Source: Desulfobacterales bacterium (GTDB lineage: Bacteria > Desulfobacterota > Desulfobacteria > Desulfobacterales > SpSt-501). Taken from it: a stretch of DNA of 64,000 nt. Positions 8,819 to 18,053 of the stretch are shown in pieces. Location of the stretch: NCBI GenBank assembly GCA_046496215.1, contig JAWOHH010000087.1, positions 1,665-65,664 on the forward strand, written 5' to 3'. Numbering within the stretch: the stretch's first letter is position 1; every line of letters begins with the position of its first letter. The notes beneath the pieces were generated by a model. That model searched no databases. It worked only from the letters and a program-made list of their open reading frames with translations, and was not told the DNA's origin. A program made the position numbers and the translations under genes.

Positions 8819-9747
8819 GAATGACCCCTGCCGTCATCCTCGTCGGCGTTCTTTCGCTGCTCGCAGCCATCGCCCTGATTATGGTTTACTGGCCCTATGC
8901 GCAGCAGGACCTGACCCCCTCGGAGATTTTCCGGGCGCGCACCATCGAAGAGGAAGCCGGGCGCGCCATCTACATCCAAAACGGATGTGTCTATTGCCAC
9001 AGCCAGTCGGTCCGGGCCTTCGACTGGGACATGGGCTCCGAGCGCATCGCCCAATCCGGGGACTACATCGCCGACGAACCCATTCAGCTCGGCTCGCAGC
9101 GCACCGGCGTGGACCTGTCGCAGGCCGGCGGGGAGCACCCGGACGACTGGCACATCGCCCATTTCATCAACCCGCGCTATACCCGGCCCAGCTCGATCAT
9201 GCCCCCGTTCGAATGGCTGGGGATGGAGCGCATCCGGACCCTGACGCGCTATGTGCAGAGCCTGGGCCTCAAGGCCGCAGACCGGCGCATGGAGCGCCAG
9301 AACCACTGGAAAGCCGAATCGATCAACGCCTACGAGGCCGGGGTGGACGCCAACGTGCGCTGGCTGGCCGAGCAGGTGCCGGAGGGATGGCGCAGCATCC
9401 CGAACCCCTACCCGACCTCGGCCGCCGCCCTGCAGCGCGGCCACAGAATTTACCAATACTACTGCATCGGCTGCCACGGCCCGATCGGGGACGGGATGGG
9501 CCCTGCCCAGCCCTGGATCTACCCGCCGCCGCTCAACTTCACCGCTTTGAAGGGGCGCGAGATCTCAGGCGGCATCATATACTACCAGCTCATGAACGGT
9601 ATCACCGGTACCGCCATGCCCTACTTCAAGCGCGACCTCGAATCCCAAAAGATCTGGGAGGTCGGGGACTACGTCGCCTATTATTTCATCAACCAGAGCG
9701 ATGCCAACCATGAGCCGCGGGGCATCGATGCGGCATGGGAACCCTGA
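8815..9747 (+). CDS. ccoO: CcoO (monohaem subunit II) fused to an extra C-terminal class I cytochrome c domain
   Basis: Start overlaps the ccoN stop. N-terminal TM plus 'NGCVYCHSQ..GSQRTGVDL..HF.NPR...P.SIMPPF' is a CcoO signature. Second domain carries 'CIGCHGP...MP' (CcoP-like haem domain). Confidence 0.8.
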   Translation: MRMTPAVILVGVLSLLAAIALIMVYWPYAQQDLTPSEIFRARTIEEEAGRAIYIQNGCVYCHSQSVRAFDWDMGSERIAQSGDYIADEPIQLGSQRTGVDLSQAGGEHPDDWHIAHFINPRYTRPSSIMPPFEWLGMERIRTLTRYVQSLGLKAADRRMERQNHWKAESINAYEAGVDANVRWLAEQVPEGWRSIPNPYPTSAAALQRGHRIYQYYCIGCHGPIGDGMGPAQPWIYPPPLNFTALKGREISGGIIYYQLMNGITGTAMPYFKRDLESQKIWEVGDYVAYYFINQSDANHEPRGIDAAWEP

Positions 9748-9814
9748 CATACGAGTGATGTGTAATGAGCAACGAGTGAATGCAAACCAAAACCTGAAGT
9801 GAAGGGTGCTTGAG

Positions 9815-10075
9815 ATGTACTTCCCGTATTTCATCGCATACATGGCGGTCGGCTTTGCGGTCAGCCTGGGCGTGTTCTTCTGGGCGCTGAACCGCGGGCA
9901 GTTCAGAGACCAGGAGCGGGCGCGCTATTTGCCCCTCGAGCGCCGGGAAAGCGCCCCGGCGGCCAGGCTGACCCGCAAGGGGCTGATCGAAACCGCCGGG
10001 TTGTTCGCACTCGCCTGCTGTGGCCTGGCCGGCAGCGCCGCGGTGATCGTGTTCGCCCTCACCCACGCCCGGTAG
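9815..10075 (+). CDS. ccoS: CcoS/FixS-like cbb3 oxidase maturation protein with an extra C-terminal TM helix
   Basis: 'FFWALNRGQFRDQERARYLPL' matches the CcoS motif (F.WA..sGQFdD.e). ATG 9815 preferred over GTG 9806. Confidence 0.65.
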   Translation: MYFPYFIAYMAVGFAVSLGVFFWALNRGQFRDQERARYLPLERRESAPAARLTRKGLIETAGLFALACCGLAGSAAVIVFALTHAR

Positions 10076-10094
10076 ACATAGGAACTCTGAGACC

Positions 10095-10370
10095 ATGCGC
10101 ATTTTCGACATATTGAACATCCAGCATTTCGTCCTGTACCTGTTCCCGGCGCTGGCGTTCGTTTTCCTGTTCGCGGCCGGGCTCGGCTACACCGCCACCC
10201 GCCGCAAGGGTTCCGAGGAGCGGCTGACCCGCATCGTCGAGGAGTACCCCGGGGGCATCCAGGGCCGCAACGCACCGTTTCCGCTCTTTCTGACCCTGGT
10301 CATCGCCGGAACCATACTCTGGTCCCTGCTTTACATCATCTTAACTGGCAGGCTGGGAGTGAAAATTTGA
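10095..10370 (+). CDS. Small 2-TM membrane protein resembling the CcoP N-terminal (FixP_N) domain
   Basis: 'EEYPGGIQGRNAPFPLFLTLVIAGTILWSLLY' parallels the FixP_N block 'HEWDGI.E.nNPLPrWWl..FyaTIvf...Y'. By-eye similarity only. Confidence 0.45.
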   Translation: MRIFDILNIQHFVLYLFPALAFVFLFAAGLGYTATRRKGSEERLTRIVEEYPGGIQGRNAPFPLFLTLVIAGTILWSLLYIILTGRLGVKI

Positions 10371-10639
10371 GCATGCACCCGGAACAGAGCGCATCGTCGG
10401 CAAAAACCTGGATCCTGGTCGCAGCCATGCTGGCCGTCGTCTTTTTCCAGGGGTGGCTGGCCCACACCGTCATCGGCGACCTCGGACAGCCCGACTGGGA
10501 CTACCGCCCGATCCCGGATGTCTACGGCGAGTCGGCTTACGCTATGTACCCTGCGCTGCCCTACCCTCAGCATGTCGCGGCCCCCCAGGGGGTGGAGGCC
10601 TATCCCTCCAAGATCCTGCCGATTCAGGGGGTTCCATGA
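10367..10639 (+). CDS. Hypothetical single-TM protein, translationally coupled within the cco cluster
   Basis: 90 aa, one hydrophobic helix. Start overlaps the upstream stop and its stop overlaps the downstream ATG (ATGA). No recognisable family. Confidence 0.4.
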   Translation: MSMHPEQSASSAKTWILVAAMLAVVFFQGWLAHTVIGDLGQPDWDYRPIPDVYGESAYAMYPALPYPQHVAAPQGVEAYPSKILPIQGVP

Positions 10640-11154
10640 AAAAGCTCCTGGGGCTGATCATCGTCCTCGTCGTTATGGTTTTGGCCGCCTACCACGCGCT
10701 GATCACCTACGACAACGAGTTCCGCTACGGCCGCATGCGCGAAACCCCGGCGGTCAAACCGCACGAGGAGCCGCTGCCGGTCATGCCCGCCGGGGTGGTG
10801 CCCGTTTCGGGCGGCGACGCCCTTTACCGCCGGACGCCGGCCGACCGGCTAACGCCCCCCGTGGCGCTTGCGGATGCTGGTGTGACCGCCCGCGGGCAGG
10901 CGGTCTATTTCACCTTCTGCGCCCAGTGCCACGGCCCGCTTCACAACGGCGAGGGTACGGTGGGCCAGAGTTTCAAGCCGCTGCCGACCGACCTGCGCAG
11001 CCAGATGGTGCAGTCGAAGCCGGCCGGCGCACTTTTTCACACCGTCAGCTATGGGATCCCCGGCGGCCGACAGCCTGCGCTCGAAACCACCATCACGGTC
11101 GAGGACCGCTGGAGCGTCGTCGCCTACGTCAAATCACTCGGGCTGCGCCCCTGA
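10636..11154 (+). CDS. Membrane-anchored monohaem class I cytochrome c (ActE-like / electron carrier)
   Basis: ATG 10636 gives 'MKKLLGLIIVLVVMVLAAY' (signal/anchor). Single 'CAQCHG' motif with a distal Met region. The ORF-track start at 10453 overlaps the upstream gene and was rejected. Confidence 0.8.
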   Translation: MKKLLGLIIVLVVMVLAAYHALITYDNEFRYGRMRETPAVKPHEEPLPVMPAGVVPVSGGDALYRRTPADRLTPPVALADAGVTARGQAVYFTFCAQCHGPLHNGEGTVGQSFKPLPTDLRSQMVQSKPAGALFHTVSYGIPGGRQPALETTITVEDRWSVVAYVKSLGLRP

Positions 11155-11169
11155 TCCGAACTCTCTGCC

Positions 11170-13665
11170 ATGCCGAAAACCCGGTCCGCCACCGACCCTG
11201 CCGCCGCCGCCCGGACCGTGTGCGACCTGTGCGGACTGCGTTTAGGCGCCGGCCGCGTCGACGCCGCGTTCTCCGACCGCTCCTATGCGTTCTGCTGCAC
11301 GGGCTGCCGCCAGGTTTTCACCATCCTGATGCAGGCGGCCGGCTCGGCCGAGCCGGCCGCCTTCCGGCAAACCGACCTCTTCCGCAAGTGCCGGGATAGC
11401 GGGATCATCCCCCGCACCGAGGAGGATCTCCCGAGCCGATCCGACCCCGCCAAATTGACGGCCCGCAGCCAGCCGCATCTCGAATCACCTCCCCCGGCGG
11501 AGGCGCTCGGCCTGGCCCTAAAAATCGACGGGATGTGGTGCCCGGCCTGCGCCTGGCTGGTCGAGACCGCTATCCGCGAGAAGCCCGGGGTGATTGCCGC
11601 CTCCTGCAACTTCGCAACCGACCGGCTCAGCGTCAGCTACGACCCCGTGCGCACATCGCCGGAGAAGTTGGCCGCCGTCATCGGCAACTACGGATACCGC
11701 GTCCACGACCCGGCCGGGGAGCAACGCGGGGGCGACCGTCAACGCATGTGGATCCGCTTCGGCGTATCCGCGTTTCTCTCCATGAATGTCATGATGCTTT
11801 CCTTCTCCCTCTACTTCGGGTTTTTTTCAGAACTGCCTGCAGACTCCGTGGCCAGCATCTCCTGGCCGACGGCCGTGCTGGCGGCGGTCGTCTTGGGCTA
11901 CGGCGGCTTTCCGCTCTACACCCGCGCCTGGCAAGGGCTGCGCCGCGCCGCCTTCAGCATGGAGACCCTGGTCCTGGTCGGCGCCCTGAGCGCCTTCGGT
12001 CTGAGCCTCGTCAACCTCTGGGCGGGCAGCATCCACCTTTACTTCGACACGGCGTGCATGCTGGTGACCCTGGTCCTGCTGGGGAAGCTGCTCGAGCACC
12101 AGGCGAAGCAGCGCGTGCTGGAGGGGCTGGAACGATTCCTCTCCCTGATGCCGCTGAAGGTTCGGATCGTCAGCGACGCCTTCCCGGAGGGCCGCTTCGT
12201 CCACTCCCGGCAGCTGGCCGCGGGGGATCTCTTTCGAGTGGTCGCAGACGAGATCGTCGCTGCGGATGGGGCGGTGGTCAGCGGCAGCGGAGCGGTGGAG
12301 GAGTCGGCCCTCTCCGGGGAACCCCTGCCGCTGGCCAAAAAGCCGGGCGACCCGATCCGCAGCGGCAGCCGGGTCCACACCGGCGAGTTCACGGTCTGCG
12401 CCGGTAGCGTCGGCGAGCAATCCACCCTCGGCCAGATGATTGCGATCGTCGAGAAAACCCTATCCGGGAAAACGACCGTCGAGGGGCGCACCGAAAAGTG
12501 GCTGCAGTGGTTCGTGCCGATGATTTTGAGCCTGGCTGCGGTGACCGGCCTCGTCATGATCTGGCGCGGGGCCGGTCTCGAGGAATCGGTTTTGCGGGCG
12601 GTCACCGTCACCGTGATCGCCTGCCCCTGCGCCTTGGGGGTGGCCATTCCACTGGCCCGCGCCACCGGCGTGGCGCTGGCAGCCCGCCAGGGGATGCTGG
12701 TCCGGAATTTTTCCTCCTTCGAGGCCACGGAGCACCTGGACACCGTCGTGCTGGACAAGACCGGCACCGTCACGCGCGGGGAGTGGCGCCTGCTGCGGGT
12801 CGTGCCGCTCGGCGGGATCGGCGAAAATCAGGCCCTGGCGCTCGCCTCCAGTCTCGAACAGGATGCCATCCACCCGATGGCGTTTGAAATCGTGCGCGAA
12901 GCCCGGGACCGCCTGGTGCGGCCCGAACCGTTATCGGCCGTCTACCGTGCCGAAAACGGGGTGACGGGACTCTGGCGGAGCGTTGAGGTCAAAATCGGGT
13001 CAGCCGAATTTGTGGCCGGTGAATTTTCCGGCCGGGGGGGGGTGCCCGGGGCGTCCCCGCTGAGCGAGGCTGGGAACTCCCGCGTCTATCTCGCGGCCGG
13101 CGGCAAACCGGCGGCGGTGTTTGTTTTCGGCGACGAGCTGCGCGACGGCATCGAGAGCGCCATCGACGGGCTGAAGCGGCGCGGGTACCGCCTGGCCCTG
13201 GTCTCCGGGGACGGAGCTGAAACCACGCGGGCCATCGGACAAAGGCTCGGGATCGCCGAGGCCCAGGGCGGCCAGCTGCCCGAAGACAAGGCCGCATTCG
13301 TGGCCGCGCTCCAGCGCCGCGGCCGAAAAGTGGCCATGGTGGGGGACGGGGTCAACGACGCCCCCGCTTTAGCCCAAGCCGACGTGTCGCTGGCCGTCTT
13401 CGCCGGCGGAAGCCTGGGAAAGGAGGTGGCCGACGCCACCCTGATGCGGACCGACCCGGGCCAGATACCGGCCTTCCTCGATTTCGCCCGTGAGGTCAAC
13501 CGAAAGATCCGCCAGAACCTGACCCTGACCTTCATCTACAATGGCATCGGGATCCCGGTGGCCGTCAGCGGCCTGCTCTCGCCCCTGGTCGCCGTCTGTG
13601 CCATGCTCTTGAGCAGCCTGAGCGTCATCGGCAACACGCTGCGCATGGTCCGAAAGCACTCATAA
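11170..13665 (+). CDS. ccoI: Copper-translocating P1B-type ATPase, CcoI/FixI type
   Basis: N-terminal 'CDLCGL..FCCTGCRQVF' metal-binding domain, HMA motif 'GMWCPAC', and 'CPC', 'DKTGT', 'GDGVNDAP' motifs. Sits at the end of the cco cluster. Confidence 0.85.
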   Translation: MPKTRSATDPAAAARTVCDLCGLRLGAGRVDAAFSDRSYAFCCTGCRQVFTILMQAAGSAEPAAFRQTDLFRKCRDSGIIPRTEEDLPSRSDPAKLTARSQPHLESPPPAEALGLALKIDGMWCPACAWLVETAIREKPGVIAASCNFATDRLSVSYDPVRTSPEKLAAVIGNYGYRVHDPAGEQRGGDRQRMWIRFGVSAFLSMNVMMLSFSLYFGFFSELPADSVASISWPTAVLAAVVLGYGGFPLYTRAWQGLRRAAFSMETLVLVGALSAFGLSLVNLWAGSIHLYFDTACMLVTLVLLGKLLEHQAKQRVLEGLERFLSLMPLKVRIVSDAFPEGRFVHSRQLAAGDLFRVVADEIVAADGAVVSGSGAVEESALSGEPLPLAKKPGDPIRSGSRVHTGEFTVCAGSVGEQSTLGQMIAIVEKTLSGKTTVEGRTEKWLQWFVPMILSLAAVTGLVMIWRGAGLEESVLRAVTVTVIACPCALGVAIPLARATGVALAARQGMLVRNFSSFEATEHLDTVVLDKTGTVTRGEWRLLRVVPLGGIGENQALALASSLEQDAIHPMAFEIVREARDRLVRPEPLSAVYRAENGVTGLWRSVEVKIGSAEFVAGEFSGRGGVPGASPLSEAGNSRVYLAAGGKPAAVFVFGDELRDGIESAIDGLKRRGYRLALVSGDGAETTRAIGQRLGIAEAQGGQLPEDKAAFVAALQRRGRKVAMVGDGVNDAPALAQADVSLAVFAGGSLGKEVADATLMRTDPGQIPAFLDFAREVNRKIRQNLTLTFIYNGIGIPVAVSGLLSPLVAVCAMLLSSLSVIGNTLRMVRKHS

Positions 13666-13720
13666 CCCCATCCGTCCCCGCTTTCGCCCTCGCCAAAGAG
13701 CCAACCAAGTGTCCATCAGC

Positions 13721-14641
13721 CTAAAATCCGACTTGGCCGACTCCTTTCAGCCCCAAAATCTGACGGGCCTCATCGGGGGTAGCGGCCTCGATTCCCAACT
13801 CCTTGGCGATTCTCACAATCTTGGCGATTTGCTCGGCGCTGCTCTTGGCCAATACGCCCTTGTTGAGGTAGAGGCTGTCCTCAAGGCCGACGCGGGCATG
13901 TCCCCCCAGGAGGAGGGAACCCGTGCACATGGGGATCTGGTGGCGGCCGGCTGCGCAGACGGAGAACTGGAATTCACCGATCTGCTTGCGAGCGGTATCG
14001 ACGAGAAACACCAGGTTTTCGAGGGTGGCGGGGATTCCCCCCAGGATGCCCATGACGAACTGAAGGTAGACCGGCCTCCGGGCGATGCCTTTCTGGAGCA
14101 GGAATGCGAGGTTGTTGATCATGCCGACGTCGTAAATCTCGAACTCCGGTTTCGCGCCGTTGGCGTAGATGATCTCCAGGTACTGGCGCATGGTTTTGAA
14201 GGTGTTGGGGAAAATGAAATCCTCCGTCGACTCGAGATAGGACTTTTCCCAATCGTATTTCCACTCCTTCACCTGCCCCGCGATGTGGAAAAGGGCAAAG
14301 TTGAGGGACCCGGCGTTCAAGGAGGTCAGTTCGGGCTTTAGATTCGACGCAACCCGGACCCGGTTTTCCACCGGCTCTCCGAGCTTGCCCCCGGTGGTGA
14401 AACACAGGATGATGTCGCAGCGCCGCTTCACCTCCTCGGCGATCTGCCGGTAAATCGACTGGTCGGCGTTGGGCAGGCCCGTCTGAGGGTCTCTGACATG
14501 GATGTGCGCGACGGCGCCGCCGGCCTCGTAGACCCGCAAGGCCTCCTCGATCAACTGCTGGGGGGTGACCGGCAGGTAGGGTGACATGCTGGGGGTGTGA
14601 ATGGCTCCAGTCAAAGCGGCCGTAAAGATTCGTTTGTTCAT
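13721..14641 (-). CDS. BKACE family enzyme (DUF849; 3-keto-5-aminohexanoate cleavage enzyme-like)
   Basis: 'ALTGAIHTPSMSPYLPVTPQQLIEEA..AGGAVAHIHVRDP.TG.P......Y..I...V...CD.I.CFTTGG' is the canonical DUF849 N-terminal pattern. Confidence 0.85.
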   Translation of the reverse strand: MNKRIFTAALTGAIHTPSMSPYLPVTPQQLIEEALRVYEAGGAVAHIHVRDPQTGLPNADQSIYRQIAEEVKRRCDIILCFTTGGKLGEPVENRVRVASNLKPELTSLNAGSLNFALFHIAGQVKEWKYDWEKSYLESTEDFIFPNTFKTMRQYLEIIYANGAKPEFEIYDVGMINNLAFLLQKGIARRPVYLQFVMGILGGIPATLENLVFLVDTARKQIGEFQFSVCAAGRHQIPMCTGSLLLGGHARVGLEDSLYLNKGVLAKSSAEQIAKIVRIAKELGIEAATPDEARQILGLKGVGQVGF

Positions 14642-14895
14642 GATCGTCTCTCGTTATATTGGTAGAAGTTTCTATGTTTTTCGAATTCCGCGATAAAGTC
14701 CGCGACCATCTCATTTAGCGGGTAGGCTGTCTGCAGACCCCACTCGGATCTGGCACAATCGTCGTTGATTTTCAAGCCTTCTTTTACCGAAGGCCCAAGT
14801 CTTCGGAATCAGGCGAAAGCACACTGTGCGTAGTCATGGCCCATGCATTTCGGGGCTCACCGCTGTGGTAGGTGTCAAAAAAGGGGATCCTTTAA

Positions 14896-16389
14896 TCAGA
14901 CAACCCTGTCTTCTTTCACTTTTGACGCCATCTTCAGGAAGGAGGTGACGACGAGGAGAGCTGCCAGGGCCAGCAGAGAAGCCGATATCGGACGGGTGAA
15001 GAAGATGGTGAAATCCCCTCGGGACATTTCAAGCGATTGCCGCAGGGATCTTTCCATGAGCGGCCCTAAAATGACCGTCAAGATCATCGGGGCCAAGGGG
15101 ATGTCCAGTTTTTTGAAGGCATAGCCGACGAAACCGAAGGCCAGTGTCAGGCCAACGTCGAAGACGGAGTTGTGGGCGCTGTATGAGCCGATGACGCAAA
15201 AACCAAGAATCAGGGTGTACAAAATCGGTATCGGGATTCTGAGGAAGGACACCCAAACGGGAATCATGGGAAGGTTCATCACAAGAAGGATCAGGTTGCC
15301 GACATAAAAGCTCGCGATGACCGCCCAGGCGATGTCCGGGTGCTCTTTGAACAAAAACGGCCCCGGGATCAACCCGTTCATCATGAAGGCGCTCATCAAA
15401 ATCGCGATGACGGCAGAACCCGGAACCCCCAGGGTGAACAATGGGATCATGGCCGCATTACAGTAGGCGTTGTTGGCCGTCTCCGGGGCCGCCACCCCTT
15501 CGATCATGCCGGTGCCGAATTTCTCCGGGGTTTTGGATACCTTCTTCTCGACGGCATAGGAGATGAACGTGGGGACCAAAACCCCTACGCCGGGGATGAG
15601 CCCCAAAAAGAATCCAATTCCGGTGCCGCGCGTGATCGGCCAGACCGATGTCTTGAATTCCTGCCATGAGGGCCACATTTCCCGCAGCCGGGTGTGAATG
15701 ACCGATGATTTCGAGCCCTCGGCCGTCAGTAGAAGTTCGCCAATCCCGAACAGTCCCATCGCGATCGGAACGATCCCGATTCCATCCAAAAGCTCTTTTT
15801 GGCCGAAAGCGAATCGGGGCACCCCCATGACCGGGTCAATGCCAATCATCGCCAGCAGCAGACCCAGCACTGCGGAAATGAGGGCCCGGACCACGGATTT
15901 GCTGGCCAAAGCCGTTGCCAGTGCAAGCCCGATCAGCATCAGGCTGAAGAACTCCGGCGGCCCGAATTTAAGGGCAACCGCTGTCAGCGGCAACGCCAGC
16001 AGCACCAATCCCAAAGTGGCGACGTTGCCGCCGATAAAGGAGCCGATTGCGGCAATCGACAGGGCCGCACCGGCGCGTCCCTTCTTGGCCATGGCGTATC
16101 CGTCCAGGCAGGTGATGGCGGAGGCTGCCTCTCCCGGCACGTTAACCAGAACCGAGGTGATGGTTCCCCCGTACATCGATCCGTAGTAGATGGCCGAGAG
16201 CATGATGATGGAGGCAATCGGCGACATGCCGAACGTCAGCGGTAGCAGCATCGCCGTTCCTGCCGCCGGGCCCACGCCCGGGAGCACTCCGATGAGAGTC
16301 CCCACCAGGCAGCCCATGATGGCAAATGCAAGATACTGCCATTGCAGGCAGATAGCGAACCCATCCATCAACGACTGAAAAGCTTCCAT
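14896..16389 (-). CDS. tctA: Tripartite tricarboxylate transporter large permease TctA
   Basis: 497 aa polytopic protein with typical TctA sequence ('GTLIGVLPGVGPAA', 'IPGPFLF'). Operon with tctB and tctC. Confidence 0.9.
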   Translation of the reverse strand: MEAFQSLMDGFAICLQWQYLAFAIMGCLVGTLIGVLPGVGPAAGTAMLLPLTFGMSPIASIIMLSAIYYGSMYGGTITSVLVNVPGEAASAITCLDGYAMAKKGRAGAALSIAAIGSFIGGNVATLGLVLLALPLTAVALKFGPPEFFSLMLIGLALATALASKSVVRALISAVLGLLLAMIGIDPVMGVPRFAFGQKELLDGIGIVPIAMGLFGIGELLLTAEGSKSSVIHTRLREMWPSWQEFKTSVWPITRGTGIGFFLGLIPGVGVLVPTFISYAVEKKVSKTPEKFGTGMIEGVAAPETANNAYCNAAMIPLFTLGVPGSAVIAILMSAFMMNGLIPGPFLFKEHPDIAWAVIASFYVGNLILLVMNLPMIPVWVSFLRIPIPILYTLILGFCVIGSYSAHNSVFDVGLTLAFGFVGYAFKKLDIPLAPMILTVILGPLMERSLRQSLEMSRGDFTIFFTRPISASLLALAALLVVTSFLKMASKVKEDRVV

Positions 16390-16421
16390 GCGAACCCTCT
16401 TTGCTCGAACAGGCAGCCCAC

Positions 16422-16919
16422 TTAGAAAAGGATGTTGTCAAGAGGTCCGAAAACCCAATCAAACGGCCCCACCGGTAGAGGAGCGCTCAGAACAAGCGTG
16501 AAAAGGTAGAACGCGATCAACGCCCCCAGCAGGCTGATCAAGATGACTAGATACCATCTGACGCTTCCAAGCGTTAGCAGAAGAAAAGGGAAAAATACCA
16601 ACATCGTCAGCCGGTACCCCAACCGCTCAAGCATGAAGGTCGCCCAAATCCAGGCCGCGCACATGGCGCATGCCCGCATATACCCGAGGCGGGTATCAAC
16701 AAAATCAATCGGCCGTGGCGGTGCTTTTTTGAAGGTGGCCTGAATAAACATGGCGATGGCCAGAACCGCCAGCGCCAGCGACAGCCAGAAAGGGAAAAAG
16801 CCGGGGCCAGGGCCCAGCGACGTGTAGTATTTGAGCTGCAATGACTCGTAGGCGATCAGAAGGGAGAGAAGGAACAAAATCAACGCCAACAGCTGGTAGG
16901 GGCGTTTCATGGTCAGCAT
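16422..16919 (-). CDS. tctB: Tripartite tricarboxylate transporter small subunit TctB
   Basis: 4-TM small protein between tctC and tctA. ATG 16919 has AAGGTGA 5 nt upstream. The longer ORF-track start was rejected. Confidence 0.7.
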   Translation of the reverse strand: MLTMKRPYQLLALILFLLSLLIAYESLQLKYYTSLGPGPGFFPFWLSLALAVLAIAMFIQATFKKAPPRPIDFVDTRLGYMRACAMCAAWIWATFMLERLGYRLTMLVFFPFLLLTLGSVRWYLVILISLLGALIAFYLFTLVLSAPLPVGPFDWVFGPLDNILF

Positions 16920-16991
16920 GACGTCACCTTGCCGGTCCACGGCGGGCCTTTCGGGAAAAAGACCCGCCGGTTTGCATCGACCCGGATGCAC

Positions 16992-17978
16992 TCACTGCTG
17001 CTTCTTGCGGGCCTCCGTGATCAGCGGTTTGACCTGGTTTTCGAGTTGCGTCAGCCACTGCTCGCTATCCTTGGCCCCCCTGAATTTCACGTTGATTCCC
17101 AGCTGCTTCATCCGCGAGGTATACGCTTCATTGGCGACCGCCTCCTTGATCGCTTCCTCCAGGTACTGAACGATCCCGGGCGGGGTGCCCGCAGGGGCCA
17201 GTATGCCTTCGCTGTTCACCATCAAAACATTGTAACCCTGCTCGGGCATTGTTTTGACTCCAAGCAACTGCTCATTTCCTTGAGTGTCCATGATTCCGAT
17301 CACACGCGCCATGTCGCCCTTAAGCGCCGGGGCGGCTTCCGACACCAGAGCGACCAGTGCGTCGGTATGACCTCCAAGGAATGCGGTGCGACCGGGCGCT
17401 GCGCCATCAAAGTGAACGGTTGCGAATTTGGCGCCTGTCTGCTTTTCAAGCTCCAGGACCGACAGGTGGGGCGGCAGCAGGATCCCGGTCACGGCCACCT
17501 TGAATTTTTCAGGGTTTGACTTGGCGTAATCGACCACTTCCTTGATGCTCTTGTAAGGGCTGTCCTTGGCCACGATAAAGGTAAAGGGTTCGGAAGAGGT
17601 GAAGGCAACCCCGACAAAGTCTTTCCGGCTGTAGGCGGTCTGGCGGGTGGGGTCGAGGTATGTGGTGACGGTGCCGGGGAAATGGCCCAGCAGGAGGGTA
17701 TACCCATCGGGTTTGGCCGAGGTGAGTTCGGTCATCCCCACCTGAGTGCCGGCTCCGGGCTTGTTGACCACCTGGACGGGAATTCCCATTTTCTTCTCGA
17801 GCAGAGGGGCGATGATGCGCGCATCGGTGTCGGCCCCTCCCCCGGCGTTGTAGGGCACAATAATGGTCAGAACGCGTCCTTTCTGCGGATAATTGATCTT
17901 TTCAGCGGCAACCGACGGCTGACCAAAAAACAGTACAAATGCCAAGGACAAGAAAAACACTGCTGATTTTCTGAACAT
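16992..17978 (-). CDS. tctC: Tripartite tricarboxylate transporter substrate-binding protein TctC (Bug family)
   Basis: Signal peptide, then 'YPQKGRVLTIIVPYNAGGGADTDARIIAPLLEKKMG.PV.VVNKPGAG', typical of the Bug/TctC family. Confidence 0.85.
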   Translation of the reverse strand: MFRKSAVFFLSLAFVLFFGQPSVAAEKINYPQKGRVLTIIVPYNAGGGADTDARIIAPLLEKKMGIPVQVVNKPGAGTQVGMTELTSAKPDGYTLLLGHFPGTVTTYLDPTRQTAYSRKDFVGVAFTSSEPFTFIVAKDSPYKSIKEVVDYAKSNPEKFKVAVTGILLPPHLSVLELEKQTGAKFATVHFDGAAPGRTAFLGGHTDALVALVSEAAPALKGDMARVIGIMDTQGNEQLLGVKTMPEQGYNVLMVNSEGILAPAGTPPGIVQYLEEAIKEAVANEAYTSRMKQLGINVKFRGAKDSEQWLTQLENQVKPLITEARKKQQ

Positions 17979-18053
17979 GACGGCCTCCTTTGGGTTGGTA
18001 GGTTGTTGGGTTGTTGCCGTGGCAAGGCATTTCCCCGCATTGGCTGATATCCG

